In this document: positions 9,234 to 18,465 of the stretch, in pieces
Layout of the letters: every line of letters begins with the position of its first letter
Numbering within the stretch: position 1 is the stretch's first letter
From: Eubacteriales bacterium
GTDB lineage: Bacteria; Bacillota; Clostridia; Oscillospirales; SIG627
NCBI GenBank assembly: GCA_045602025.1
Contig: JAZSAT010000004.1
Coordinates: 7,464-71,463 of the forward strand
Length of the DNA stretch: 64,000 nt
Direction: 5' to 3'
Notes under the pieces: generated by a model
What the model was told of the DNA's origin: nothing
Seen by the model: only the letters and a program-made list of their open reading frames with translations
The model's database searches: none
Program-made: the position numbers and the translations under genes

Positions 9234-9262
9234 AAGAGAGGCAATGCCTCTCTTTTTTCTTT
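9234..9262 (+). terminator. rho-independent terminator
   Basis: gagaggc/gcctctc stem followed by a T-run. Confidence 0.7.
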
Positions 9263-9341
9263 TTAAAATCCCTGCTTTTACTTGCCAAAGGGAAAAAAAG
9301 GGTATATACTGACAAAAGTAAAATAAATTTGAGGTAGAACA

Positions 9342-10232
9342 ATGAAAAAATCCTCCCTTTGGCTGAACATTTTGGCTGGGCTTTTGTGGGGAACCTCGGG
9401 TATTTTTTCCGAGGTGCTTTTAGCACCCTTTGGCTTTTCCTCCCTGCAATTAACAGCAACGCGAGGAATCGTATCGGGTGTGGCCATCGCACTGTTTGCC
9501 CTATGCTTCCGCAGAGATCAATTTAAGGTGAATCTAAAAAAATTTCTCCTTTATGTAGCGGTGGGTATTTCCCTCTTTGCCACGGCGGCCTTCTATTACA
9601 TTTCCATTCGCAGAGCTTCCCCCTCTACGGCGGCGGTACTGATGAATACCTCCCCCGCTTTTGTTATGACGATCTCCGTGATCTTTTTCAAGGAAAAACT
9701 GGGAAAATCAAAGCTCTTTGCCTTGATTGCCATGCTGGTGGGCTGTATGCTTGTTTCAGGAATTGATTTTTCCGGTATGCGATATGATTTCTGGGGCATT
9801 CTTTCCGGTCTTGCAGCGGGAGTTTCCACCAGTATTTATTATCTCCTCTCAAAGGTGGAGTTCAAGTATGAGTGCGATCCCTTCCAGGCCACCCTTTACC
9901 ACTTTATTGCCATGGGACTTACCGGTATTTTCTTCCTGGATCTTAAAAATTACACCGCGTCCGTATCTCAGTCTCCCCTTTCGGTAAGCCTTCTCCTCAT
10001 CGCGCTGGGTCTTGTGACCTGCGTGATCCCTTATTTTCTCTGTACCCTTTCTATGAAGCACCTGTCCGCAGGTGTCGCTTCTGCCCTTGCCATTATTGAG
10101 CCTGCATCCGCCACTGTTTACAGTGCGGTCCTTACCGCTTTCGGTATTATGAACGAAACCTTTACCACCCTTTCCGTGATCGGTATTGTTCTCATTCTCG
10201 GTGCCTGTGTGGTTCTGGAACGCTCGGAGTAG
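9342..10232 (+). CDS. EamA/DMT-family transporter
   Basis: 296 aa, about 10 predicted TM helices in a duplicated EamA-like architecture. Confidence 0.75.
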   Translation: MKKSSLWLNILAGLLWGTSGIFSEVLLAPFGFSSLQLTATRGIVSGVAIALFALCFRRDQFKVNLKKFLLYVAVGISLFATAAFYYISIRRASPSTAAVLMNTSPAFVMTISVIFFKEKLGKSKLFALIAMLVGCMLVSGIDFSGMRYDFWGILSGLAAGVSTSIYYLLSKVEFKYECDPFQATLYHFIAMGLTGIFFLDLKNYTASVSQSPLSVSLLLIALGLVTCVIPYFLCTLSMKHLSAGVASALAIIEPASATVYSAVLTAFGIMNETFTTLSVIGIVLILGACVVLERSE

Positions 10233-10255
10233 TTCTTTTTTTGAAAAAAAGGAAC
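10232..10255. repeat. A/T-stem hairpin (GTTC-T7-G-A7-GGAAC), member of the dispersed hairpin family
   Basis: Followed by CGAAAAAAGCTT. The same arrangement occurs at 28315-28350. Confidence 0.5.
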
Positions 10256-10293
10256 CGAAAAAAGCTTTATAATAAAATAACAAAAAAGAAAAA

Positions 10294-10332
10294 GATAACC
10301 TTGAAAATAAAACCCAAGGCTATCTTTTTTTT
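10294..10332 (+). terminator. rho-independent terminator
   Basis: gataaccttg/caaggctatc stem (9 of 10 positions pair) followed by T8. Confidence 0.6.
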
Positions 10333-10376
10333 GGCATAAGCTTTCTTTGCCTACTTTCTTTCGAGAAAGAAAGTAG
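10333..10376. repeat. dispersed hairpin-family copy (flank GGCATAAGCTTTCTTTGC plus CTACTTTCTTTCGAGAAAGAAAGTAG)
   Basis: 12-bp perfect arms CTACTTTCTTTC/GAAAGAAAGTAG, ending 1 nt from the stop codon of the 10378..10854 gene. Close relative at 28403-28447. Confidence 0.7.
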
Positions 10377-10377
10377 G

Positions 10378-10854
10378 TCAAATCAGAGCGGCAACGCCGT
10401 AAGACACAAACGCGACGATCGCGCCGGCAGAAAGAACACCGAGCAAAATAGAAGGAAAAGCACGGGAAAGACGCATATCCAGCATTGCCGCGATCAGCGC
10501 TCCGGTCCAGGCACCCGTACCGGGCAAAGGTACTGCAACAAACAGGAACAGTCCCCAAAAGGCGTACTTTTCAACGGTATCCTTCTTGCTGAGGCCCTTT
10601 TCCTCCAGCTTGTCCACCATACTGTTCAGCTTGGGCATCTTCTTACGGATCCAAGCAAATATCTTCTTAATAAAAATAATAATAAACGGAACGGGAATGA
10701 GATTTCCCACAATAGCAACAGGAATAGCAATGGCAGGAGCAAGTCCGTGAGCCACCGCAACGGGAATCGCCCCTCTCAGTTCAATAATCGGAACCATAGA
10801 AATGAGAAAAGTCATTACGATCTTTCCCCAAAAGGTTGTCCACAAAAAACTCAT
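10378..10854 (-). CDS. small multidrug-export-like membrane protein (COG2426 family)
   Basis: 158 aa. MVPIIELRGAIPVA motif and 4-5 TM helices. Confidence 0.7.
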   Translation of the reverse strand: MSFLWTTFWGKIVMTFLISMVPIIELRGAIPVAVAHGLAPAIAIPVAIVGNLIPVPFIIIFIKKIFAWIRKKMPKLNSMVDKLEEKGLSKKDTVEKYAFWGLFLFVAVPLPGTGAWTGALIAAMLDMRLSRAFPSILLGVLSAGAIVAFVSYGVAALI

Positions 10855-10947
10855 TTTTTCCTCCTATAAGCAAATTTCGCTTTATTGTAACATACTTTGC
10901 TGAAATTGTCCACAAAAAAGACTGCCGAAGCAGTCTTTTTTATTTTT

Positions 10948-12495
10948 TTATTTTGCTACAAAAGTGAAGTCTCTTACAACGATAGACTCTCCTGTTACCA
11001 TATACAGCGTCATCAGGTTGCGATAGATCTTGCCCGATTCATAAGGCAATTTGTGTGGCAGGGTAGTAGTGCCAAGAAAACGCCCCGTCTCGTTGGTTGA
11101 GGTGATCTTTTGAACCTCAAAGCAGTATCTTCTCTCGGTTTCCGTTGCACGAATATCACTCTGAGTTGCAAGGTGAGTTGCATTCAATATTTCATTTCCG
11201 TCAGCATCGAATACCTGGTTTGTCATATAGGCAACTCTTCTGTTCGTAGTAAAGGTACCTGCAACCAGGTTATCCTGCTTCTGGCGGTCGGCAAGGCTGT
11301 CTCTGAATTTAAGCTCCGTCAAGGGAGTGCCGTCGTTCAGTTCAGCTACAGTCATGGGAATATAGCTCTTTGTGAAAAGCTCCTTAAAGGAATATTCCTT
11401 ATCCACTTCGGCAAAGGTGCTTTTTTCTGCATTGAAATCGGGAGTCTGCTTCAGAATCGTAACCTTACTTTCATCACCGTTTACGGTGCCGTCAGCATTT
11501 CTTACAACAGAAACAGAAACCACCATCATAGCATCGGTGCCGCCGCCGTTCTTAATAAGGCCGTCCGCCTTCTGAAGAAGAGCATACGCCTCATACATGC
11601 CCTGCTCGCCGTTTTCTTTACAAATCAGGGGAGTATCATCGGTAATAAGATTGTCGTAGAAAACATCTGCGCCGCCGTCACCTTCAGTATTGGTCTTGCC
11701 GGTTTCGGTAAAATCTCTTCCGGGATCGCCGTCGTTTTCCGCTCCGATCTTGGGAAGCTTCAGATCTCCCACAAGCAAGAAGCCGTATTCGGGAACAAAG
11801 TCTTTAAACAGGCTGGCAAAAACAGATTCCGATACCATACACCAAGCCTGAACCAGGCCATCCTCATTGTTAAAGCCAAGGCGGGAGGTACCGCTGCCGC
11901 CGTCAAAAAAGTTTTTGGAAAAATTCATTACCAAAGTGCCGTCATCCTTCACGGAATCCTGGAAAAGCATATGGGTTGCCAAGCTCTGGGCGCCGTGGGA
12001 AAAGGGAAGGCCGTAGTAGGTCGTGCCGGCATTTATTTTGTAAGTCTGATCCGCCTTATATTCAAAGGACTCCTTGGGGGTCCAGCGAAGGGTCAGCATC
12101 GTACGGAAGGTTGCTTCCGCAAGATTTCTTCTTGCAATTACGGTTCTGTCCTTATCCGCCTGAAGGATCTCTGCCGTTAATTTTGCCTGTTCCTCAAGAT
12201 AAGTGGTATAAGCACTCTTAACAGGCTGAGAGCCGGAGGTTGCCTGGTAAGAACCGCCCTTGTTGGGTGTAGACTGCAGGCTGGGAGCATTGGGATCGCT
12301 CTTGGTTACTGCAGGCACATTCTGCTGAGGCTTTTTCTCCTCGGTTTCCTTATCTTTTTCGGGAACCTTTTCCACGACCTCTTCTGCCGCAGGCTTCTTC
12401 TCATCCTTTGCGCAACCGCCGAAAAGGGGCAGCACAAAAGCGCACAAAAGAACCAGCGCAATACAAATACTGAGTCGCTTCGTCTGATACTTCAT
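10948..12495 (-). CDS. putative lipoprotein, function unknown
   Basis: Lipobox LFGGC after a signal peptide, then a low-complexity P/E/K linker. GGAGG SD. Confidence 0.65.
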   Translation of the reverse strand: MKYQTKRLSICIALVLLCAFVLPLFGGCAKDEKKPAAEEVVEKVPEKDKETEEKKPQQNVPAVTKSDPNAPSLQSTPNKGGSYQATSGSQPVKSAYTTYLEEQAKLTAEILQADKDRTVIARRNLAEATFRTMLTLRWTPKESFEYKADQTYKINAGTTYYGLPFSHGAQSLATHMLFQDSVKDDGTLVMNFSKNFFDGGSGTSRLGFNNEDGLVQAWCMVSESVFASLFKDFVPEYGFLLVGDLKLPKIGAENDGDPGRDFTETGKTNTEGDGGADVFYDNLITDDTPLICKENGEQGMYEAYALLQKADGLIKNGGGTDAMMVVSVSVVRNADGTVNGDESKVTILKQTPDFNAEKSTFAEVDKEYSFKELFTKSYIPMTVAELNDGTPLTELKFRDSLADRQKQDNLVAGTFTTNRRVAYMTNQVFDADGNEILNATHLATQSDIRATETERRYCFEVQKITSTNETGRFLGTTTLPHKLPYESGKIYRNLMTLYMVTGESIVVRDFTFVAK

Positions 12496-12710
12496 ATATT
12501 TCCTCCTGAAAAGGGCATAAACCCTTTTATATCATTCGAGTATTATTCTATTTTAATTATACCTCTTCCACCTGCATTTTGCAATATGAAATAAAAACTT
12601 TTTTCTCTTTTCATCAAAATTACCAAAACAAAATGAGAATTCTATTCCTTTTCCACAAGGAAGGATCCTTTGAAAAACCAAAGGATCCCTCAACTTCCGT
12701 TATTTTCTTT

Positions 12711-13967
12711 TTAATTTTCCTCTTTTTGGGGGATCTCTTCCTCAAAAAGCCGCGCCGCGCTTTCTTCCTCGCTCTCCGCAGCCTCCTCCTTTTCAGGGAT
12801 CAGCGCAGTGGCAAAGGCTTCACAAGCCTCCTGCGCCTCTTCGGGAAGACCGAAGGAGGTAAGGCGGATAAAGCCCTCGCCGCCGAAGCCGTAAAGGGAG
12901 CCGGGTGTCACCACACAGCCGCCGCGATTTAAAAGAGCATCAAAACACTGCCAGGAATTCATCCCTTCGGGGCACTGGGCCCAAAGGAAGGGGCTGTTCT
13001 CGCCGCCTACATGGGGAATGCCCGCACGGGTAAGTCCCTCGGAAAGGGTCCTTGCAACCTTTTTGATGCGGTATAAGATCTTCTGTGTTCCCTCCTCCGC
13101 CTCAGGGGAGAGAAGGAGCTGGGCTGCATGCTGCATCACAAAGCTGGGGGGTGTTGCGGTGGAGGGCTGTCTTGCGGAAAACAGATCTGCGATCCGCACA
13201 TTTTCCCGGATCAGACCGGAGGGGATCACCATATAGGCGATCTTAAGCTCCTTGACACCGTAGCCGGTTTCAAAGGAAAAGATCTGGATGGCGCAGTCCT
13301 TTGCGCCCTCTATCTCGTAAATACTGCGGGGATACCCTTCCTCCTCGATGTACTCCGAAAGAGAGGCATCGTAGAAAATGATCCCGCCGCATTCGTTTGC
13401 AAAATTCACCCATTTTTCCAGCTTTTCACGGGTCATGACCGCACCGGTCACCGGATGGGGAGAGGCAAGATAAATCAGGTCTGTGGGCGTGCCGTCGGGC
13501 TCGGGAGTAAAATCGTTTTCAGGTGTTGCCCGAAGAAAGGAAATGTTTCTTCCCGCGCACTGGCAAAGCTCCTGCAAATGCCCCTCACAGGGGGAAGGCA
13601 AAAGCACATTGTTATCAGGGGCAAACAGGTGGGACAAACAAGCGTAAGCACTTTCCAGTCCGCTGGTAATATAAATATCGTTTTCGGAAATCTTCACCGA
13701 AAATTTTTCCAGGTGCTGAGAAACTGCCTTTTTCAGGCTTTCGTACCCGGACCAGGGGCCGGACAGGCGCGTGCCGAAGGGCTCCGCGATCTCATCCACC
13801 GCCCGCTTCATTCCGCTTACAACCTCTTCAGGCAAGGGCATATTCATCAAGCTCTGATCCAGATGCAAAAGGGTATGGGAGGGATTTTTCTCGAGAAATT
13901 CCTCCACTCGTTTTTTCACCGATACGCCGCTTTCCGGCAAAAGGGTGACATTTTCATTCAGAAGCAT
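12711..13967 (-). CDS. LL-diaminopimelate aminotransferase-like (class I/II fold) protein, probably non-catalytic
   Basis: DapL-like layout (SIYEIEGAK..., GEGFIRLTSFG), but the SFSK PLP-lysine position reads SFET. Acidic C-terminal tail. Confidence 0.6.
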   Translation of the reverse strand: MLLNENVTLLPESGVSVKKRVEEFLEKNPSHTLLHLDQSLMNMPLPEEVVSGMKRAVDEIAEPFGTRLSGPWSGYESLKKAVSQHLEKFSVKISENDIYITSGLESAYACLSHLFAPDNNVLLPSPCEGHLQELCQCAGRNISFLRATPENDFTPEPDGTPTDLIYLASPHPVTGAVMTREKLEKWVNFANECGGIIFYDASLSEYIEEEGYPRSIYEIEGAKDCAIQIFSFETGYGVKELKIAYMVIPSGLIRENVRIADLFSARQPSTATPPSFVMQHAAQLLLSPEAEEGTQKILYRIKKVARTLSEGLTRAGIPHVGGENSPFLWAQCPEGMNSWQCFDALLNRGGCVVTPGSLYGFGGEGFIRLTSFGLPEEAQEACEAFATALIPEKEEAAESEEESAARLFEEEIPQKEEN

Positions 13968-13982
13968 ACGCTTCTCCTTTCC

Positions 13983-14861
13983 TTATGACTGTGACAGAAT
14001 ATCGTTCACCACGGTGTAGACCATATTAATGGGAACCACCGCAGAAAGACCCTGATAAGGGGGCGTGACCGCATGGGTCAAAAAGCCCACCACCGCGCCT
14101 GTGGCATCCACCACCGCGGCACCGTACATAGAAGCATTGGGCAGCATATTCAGATAGATCATATTCACACTCATCTGATAGCCCTCTTCCCCAATGCGGA
14201 CAGGAGGCCCTACCGACGCTACCGTTCCGTCGGAAACCGTTCCGTAGAACATTTTCGCTTTATAGGAGGGCACAGCAAAAAGCCGCTCTCCTCTTTTTAC
14301 ATAAGAGGAGTTTTCCGCAGTGACGGGAATGTAGGTGTATTGACTATCCAGCTGAACAAGGCCGATCCCGAGGCTTTCCTCTGCACCCAGATATGTAACG
14401 GAGGAAACCACACCGTTCCCGGTGAAAGCCGTCATATTCTTAGGCAGAACCTCACCGAACAGGGACAGGGAAACCACTGCATGCCCCTCCGAGGAAACCA
14501 GAAAGCCTGTGCCGTAGCGGACCTGGCCGTCTTCTCCCTCGATCTCAAGAGTCAAAAGAGACTCCTCCAGATGGGCGAGCATTTCGCTGACGCTTTTTTC
14601 CTTTTCCGCAAGCTCTTCCTGTGTAGGCACCTTAATGGAGCCTGCATTTTTTTCGTCGGTTTCCTTTGCGGGAAATACCTCGCCGCGGATCATAGCGATC
14701 ACGCCTACCACGGAAAGGAAAAAGAGCAAGAGAAACAAAAGGATCTTCACGGTTTTCTTAAGATCGAATTTCTTTTCATTGCTTTTTTCGTAATCGTATC
14801 GGGTAGAATAGCCGCCGTAAGAAACGGTCTTTTCTTCCGAAGTAAAATTTTTGTTTGACAT
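13983..14861 (-). CDS. membrane-anchored trypsin/HtrA-like domain protein with a degenerate catalytic triad
   Basis: N-terminal TM helix. GTGFLV and DATGAVVGF align to the HtrA at 38253-39587, but the His, Asp and Ser positions are substituted. Confidence 0.6.
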   Translation of the reverse strand: MSNKNFTSEEKTVSYGGYSTRYDYEKSNEKKFDLKKTVKILLFLLLFFLSVVGVIAMIRGEVFPAKETDEKNAGSIKVPTQEELAEKEKSVSEMLAHLEESLLTLEIEGEDGQVRYGTGFLVSSEGHAVVSLSLFGEVLPKNMTAFTGNGVVSSVTYLGAEESLGIGLVQLDSQYTYIPVTAENSSYVKRGERLFAVPSYKAKMFYGTVSDGTVASVGPPVRIGEEGYQMSVNMIYLNMLPNASMYGAAVVDATGAVVGFLTHAVTPPYQGLSAVVPINMVYTVVNDILSQS

Positions 14862-14896
14862 ATGAAAGCCTTTTCAATTTTTTTATTTTAATGGTT

Positions 14897-16345
14897 TTAT
14901 TTATTCTCCGTAAGAGGGAGGCTGAAGAAGAATCTTGTGAATTCCTTTTCGCGGCTCTCCACCCAGATCTCTTCCCCGTGGGCATCGATCACAGATTTTG
15001 CAATAAACAGTCCGAGACCCATTCCCTTTTTATCAAGGCCGCGGCTGCGGTCCGATTTATAGAAGCGGTCGAACAGCTGCTTTAATTCTTCTCCGGGGAT
15101 CCCGTCACCGCTGTTTTCCACACAAAAGATCGCCTTGGCAGCTCTTTGGGTCACGGAAAGGGAAAGAATACCCTTTTCGGGGGTGAACTTTATGGCGTTG
15201 TCGATCAGATTGTAGATCACCTGCTGGATCGCATCCCGATCGGCTAAAACATGCATAGATTCTGCCGAGCTCTCAAAGGAAACCTCAAGGTCCTTGGCCA
15301 AAATGCGGTTTTCAAAAGAAAGAAGGGTGATCCGCCCCAATTCACAAAGATCCATGGGAGCAAAATCATATTTTCTCTCTCCCGCCGTCATACGGCTCGT
15401 TTCAAGGAGGGTCTGCACCAATCTGGAAAGACGGGCAACCTCGTCGTTTATGATCTTAAAATAATAGCCGTATTTTTCCGGAGGGATCGCTCCGTTTTCC
15501 ATATTCTGAATAAAACCGCCGATGGTGGTCAAAGGAGTCCTCAGATCGTGGGAAACATTGGATACGAAGGTCTGGCGGATCTTTTCGTTTTCCTCTACGC
15601 TTTCTGCCATCTGATTAAAGGCACGGAGAAGAGGCGTCAATTCCCCGCCGCCTTTTTCGGGGAGACGGGGTGAAAAATCACCGTGGGCAAATTTTTCCGC
15701 CGCATCGTTAAGAAGCCCCAAGGGCCTTGCAAGCTCTCTGTTCACCAGATAGAAGGAAAGAAGGAGCATACATAAAACAAAGAGGCTTGCCGCAAGAAAG
15801 CTTCGGATCAGGCCGTTCAGATAGCTTTCGGTGTAAGGGTCCTGAAGGGAAATGAATACCGCGCCCACTCTCTGCTTATGCAGATCGGGAAATTCCTTTT
15901 CCAGAAGGACCACGCGGCACATTCTCTCGCGGGGAAAAAAGCCGCCGAGATCACTTTTGAAGATCTCCCCCGCCCTTGCCATAGCACTGCTTTCTGTCAT
16001 CGCGGAGGAAGGGATCTCCCCCGCCGCCGATCCGGAAGATACCAGCACCTTGCCCATGGCATCGGTAATGAAGATTTCCACTTCCTTTGTGTTCAGAGCC
16101 GAAATGTACGAGGACAAAAGATTCTTTTCCTCTGTGAGAAGGTAGTCAAAGTCCTGCTCGGTCAATTCCATCATCGCTGTGATGGTCTGATTGATATTCC
16201 GTGCCGCGTTTTCCAGTTTTTCCTCATCCGAGGAAAGAAAGAACTGCTTTGTATACAAAAAGAGGATCGTCACCAAAAGAAGAAACGCCGCCAAGCAAAG
16301 GGATATGGTCAAAAGAATATACTTGGAAAAAAGATTTTTTTTCAT
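14897..16345 (-). CDS. sensor histidine kinase (TM-HAMP-HisKA-HATPase)
   Basis: H-box SHDLRTPL, N-box NLIDNAIKF, G-boxes DRSRGL and GMGLGL. Confidence 0.9.
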   Translation of the reverse strand: MKKNLFSKYILLTISLCLAAFLLLVTILFLYTKQFFLSSDEEKLENAARNINQTITAMMELTEQDFDYLLTEEKNLLSSYISALNTKEVEIFITDAMGKVLVSSGSAAGEIPSSAMTESSAMARAGEIFKSDLGGFFPRERMCRVVLLEKEFPDLHKQRVGAVFISLQDPYTESYLNGLIRSFLAASLFVLCMLLLSFYLVNRELARPLGLLNDAAEKFAHGDFSPRLPEKGGGELTPLLRAFNQMAESVEENEKIRQTFVSNVSHDLRTPLTTIGGFIQNMENGAIPPEKYGYYFKIINDEVARLSRLVQTLLETSRMTAGERKYDFAPMDLCELGRITLLSFENRILAKDLEVSFESSAESMHVLADRDAIQQVIYNLIDNAIKFTPEKGILSLSVTQRAAKAIFCVENSGDGIPGEELKQLFDRFYKSDRSRGLDKKGMGLGLFIAKSVIDAHGEEIWVESREKEFTRFFFSLPLTENK

Positions 16346-16369
16346 AAAGACCTCATCAAAAGGCTAAAA

Positions 16370-16398
16370 ATAGAAAAAAGTCCCGCTGTAAGCGGGAC
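16370..16398 (-). terminator. intra-operon hairpin/terminator between the response regulator and kinase genes
   Basis: gtcccgc/gcgggac stem followed on the minus strand by T6. Confidence 0.5.
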
Positions 16399-16404
16399 CC
16401 TTGT

Positions 16405-17091
16405 TCAGAGAAGCTCGAATTTATATCCTACGCCCCATACAGTTTTCAAAATCCATTTGTCGCTGACGCCCTCCAGTTTTTCTCTCAGGCGTTTTACATG
16501 GACATCTACCGTTCTGGAATCACCCAGATAATCAAAGCCCCAGACCTTATCCAAAAGCTGATCGCGGGTAAATACGCGGTTATAATTTGCAGTCAAAAAA
16601 TATAAAAGCTCCAGTTCCTTCGGAGGAACATCCACGGCCTTGCCGCGAAGCTTTAATTCGTATTTTTGCTTGGAGATCTCAAGATTGTCAAACTTAATGA
16701 CCTCTTCATTGTTGAAATTGTCTCTGCTGTGGTAACGGCGAAGCACCGCTTTGATGCGGGCGGCCACTTCCTTCATATCAAAGGGCTTTACGATAAAATC
16801 GTCGGCGCCAAGCTCAAGACCCAAAACCTTATCGAACACTTCCCCTTTGGCGGAAAGCATAATGATGGGCTTTGCACTCTGCTCACGGATCTCGCGGCAG
16901 ACCTGCCAGCCGTCTTTTCTGGGCATCATAATATCCAAAAGGACAAGATCCGGTTCAAAGATCTTGAACACTTCCACCGCTTCTACGCCGTCATTTGCAC
17001 ACTTGACTTCGTATCCGTCGTTTTCCAGATAAAGTTTCAAAACTTCGCAAATATTCAGATCATCGTCTACTACGAAAATTTTGTTTGCCAT
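16405..17091 (-). CDS. OmpR/PhoB-family response regulator
   Basis: Receiver domain (DLVLLDIMMP) plus a winged-helix C-terminus (VWGVGYKF). Confidence 0.9.
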   Translation of the reverse strand: MANKIFVVDDDLNICEVLKLYLENDGYEVKCANDGVEAVEVFKIFEPDLVLLDIMMPRKDGWQVCREIREQSAKPIIMLSAKGEVFDKVLGLELGADDFIVKPFDMKEVAARIKAVLRRYHSRDNFNNEEVIKFDNLEISKQKYELKLRGKAVDVPPKELELLYFLTANYNRVFTRDQLLDKVWGFDYLGDSRTVDVHVKRLREKLEGVSDKWILKTVWGVGYKFELL

Positions 17092-17196
17092 AGTATGTCC
17101 CTTTCGTCAATGAATTTCCAAACAGAAAAGATCCTTTACAGAGACATTGTAACATATTTTTCAAAAAAAATCAATAGAAACTTTTTCTTTCACCCC

Positions 17197-17232
17197 AAAA
17201 GCGACAAAAAGCGGCACACCGAAGTGTGCCGC
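17197..17232 (-). terminator. rho-independent terminator of hom
   Basis: gcggcacac-cgaa-gtgtgccgc hairpin followed on the minus strand by TTTTTGTCGCTTTT. Confidence 0.8.
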
Positions 17233-17238
17233 TGTCCT

Positions 17239-18396
17239 TTATCTTTTCATAAAGCCGGCAATGAAAACCTCTTTGTTTTCTTTCAGCGCACGGGCTGCAA
17301 AGTCGTGCATCTGACGAACGCTGACCTTTTCCGTGTTGTAGCCGTCACCGAATTTTTTCTTTTCCAGGGAAGCAAAGAAGGGGTCTTCTGTAAAATCGGT
17401 ACGCACATAGTATTCGTGCACCTCTTTTTCGTTGCAGACATCCATCTCTTCCATCTTTTCATTGTAAAGACCGCCGAGCCCTGCGGCAATATCCACACAG
17501 TCCTGTGCTACCGCATAGCCGGTGGGGTATCTTCCTGCGCCGGCACCGATGAAGTGCGTCTTGCCGATGTGAGTACCGTCAAAGGCAATGATGTTGTCGC
17601 ACCCGTGAATATTTCCTTCGGGTGTATCGGCAGGAACGAGAGTAGGCTCTACAAAAGCCGCAACCCGACTACCGTCCTCTCCGACACGGAAAGCACCGCC
17701 GATAAGCTTCAATACATATCCCGCGCCGCGGGCAGCATCAATATCGCATTTTTTCACATAACGGATACCAAAGCTATCCACCTTTTCATCGGAAAGAGCA
17801 ACGCCGAAGGCGATGTTTGCGGAAAGGGTGGTCTTGTGGCGGGTATCCAGTCCGTCAATATCCGAAGAGGGATCCGCCTCAGCAAAGCCCAGCCTCTGTG
17901 CCTCGGAAAGAGAAGTGTCGAACTCTTCTCCCAAGGTGTCCATAGCATCGAGAATATAGTTGGTGGTTCCGTTCATAATGCCGTAAACGCTGTCAAGGCA
18001 GGAAACGCGGTGTGCTCTCTGAAGATTCACAAGCCAGGGGATACCGCCTCCGGCAGAAGCGGAAAAGCGAAGGGAGACCTTCTTTTCCTTTGCAAGAGAT
18101 ACCAGTTCGTTATAATGAAGGCTCATCATAAGCTTGTTGGCGGTGACCACATTTTTGCCGGCCTCCAAAGAAGCCTTTACAAATTCGTAAGCAGGGTGCA
18201 TACCGCCGATGAGCTCTACCACCGTATCCACCTGAGGATCGGAAAGGATCACGGAAAGATCCTTGGTTAGTTTCTTTCCAAGCTCGGGAAGATCACGAAG
18301 ATCCAGAACGTATTTTACCTCAAGATCGGCTGTTTCGGAAAGAATATCGTAAACACCTTTTCCTACCGTACCGAATCCCAAAAGTCCGATTGTCAT
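17239..18396 (-). CDS. hom: homoserine dehydrogenase
   Basis: Rossmann start IGLLGFGTVGKGV and a homoserine-DH catalytic domain pattern. Divergent from thrC. Confidence 0.85.
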   Translation of the reverse strand: MTIGLLGFGTVGKGVYDILSETADLEVKYVLDLRDLPELGKKLTKDLSVILSDPQVDTVVELIGGMHPAYEFVKASLEAGKNVVTANKLMMSLHYNELVSLAKEKKVSLRFSASAGGGIPWLVNLQRAHRVSCLDSVYGIMNGTTNYILDAMDTLGEEFDTSLSEAQRLGFAEADPSSDIDGLDTRHKTTLSANIAFGVALSDEKVDSFGIRYVKKCDIDAARGAGYVLKLIGGAFRVGEDGSRVAAFVEPTLVPADTPEGNIHGCDNIIAFDGTHIGKTHFIGAGAGRYPTGYAVAQDCVDIAAGLGGLYNEKMEEMDVCNEKEVHEYYVRTDFTEDPFFASLEKKKFGDGYNTEKVSVRQMHDFAARALKENKEVFIAGFMKR

Positions 18397-18465
18397 AATT
18401 ACCTCCGTTTCTTTTTTATAAAAAGGGAAAAAGAAACCTAAATTTTATATTTTTTCTGAAAACCC

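Noticed and set aside
7485-9262. Classical tRNA-integrated genomic island
   Set aside because: No direct repeat of the tRNA-Lys 3' end and no integrase are present, so integration at the tRNA cannot be supported. It is reported only as a compositional islet.
16666-18270. 534-aa + strand ORF spanning the RR and hom region
   Set aside because: It lies opposite two confidently identified genes (an OmpR-type RR and homoserine dehydrogenase) and crosses their intergenic terminator. It is a shadow ORF.
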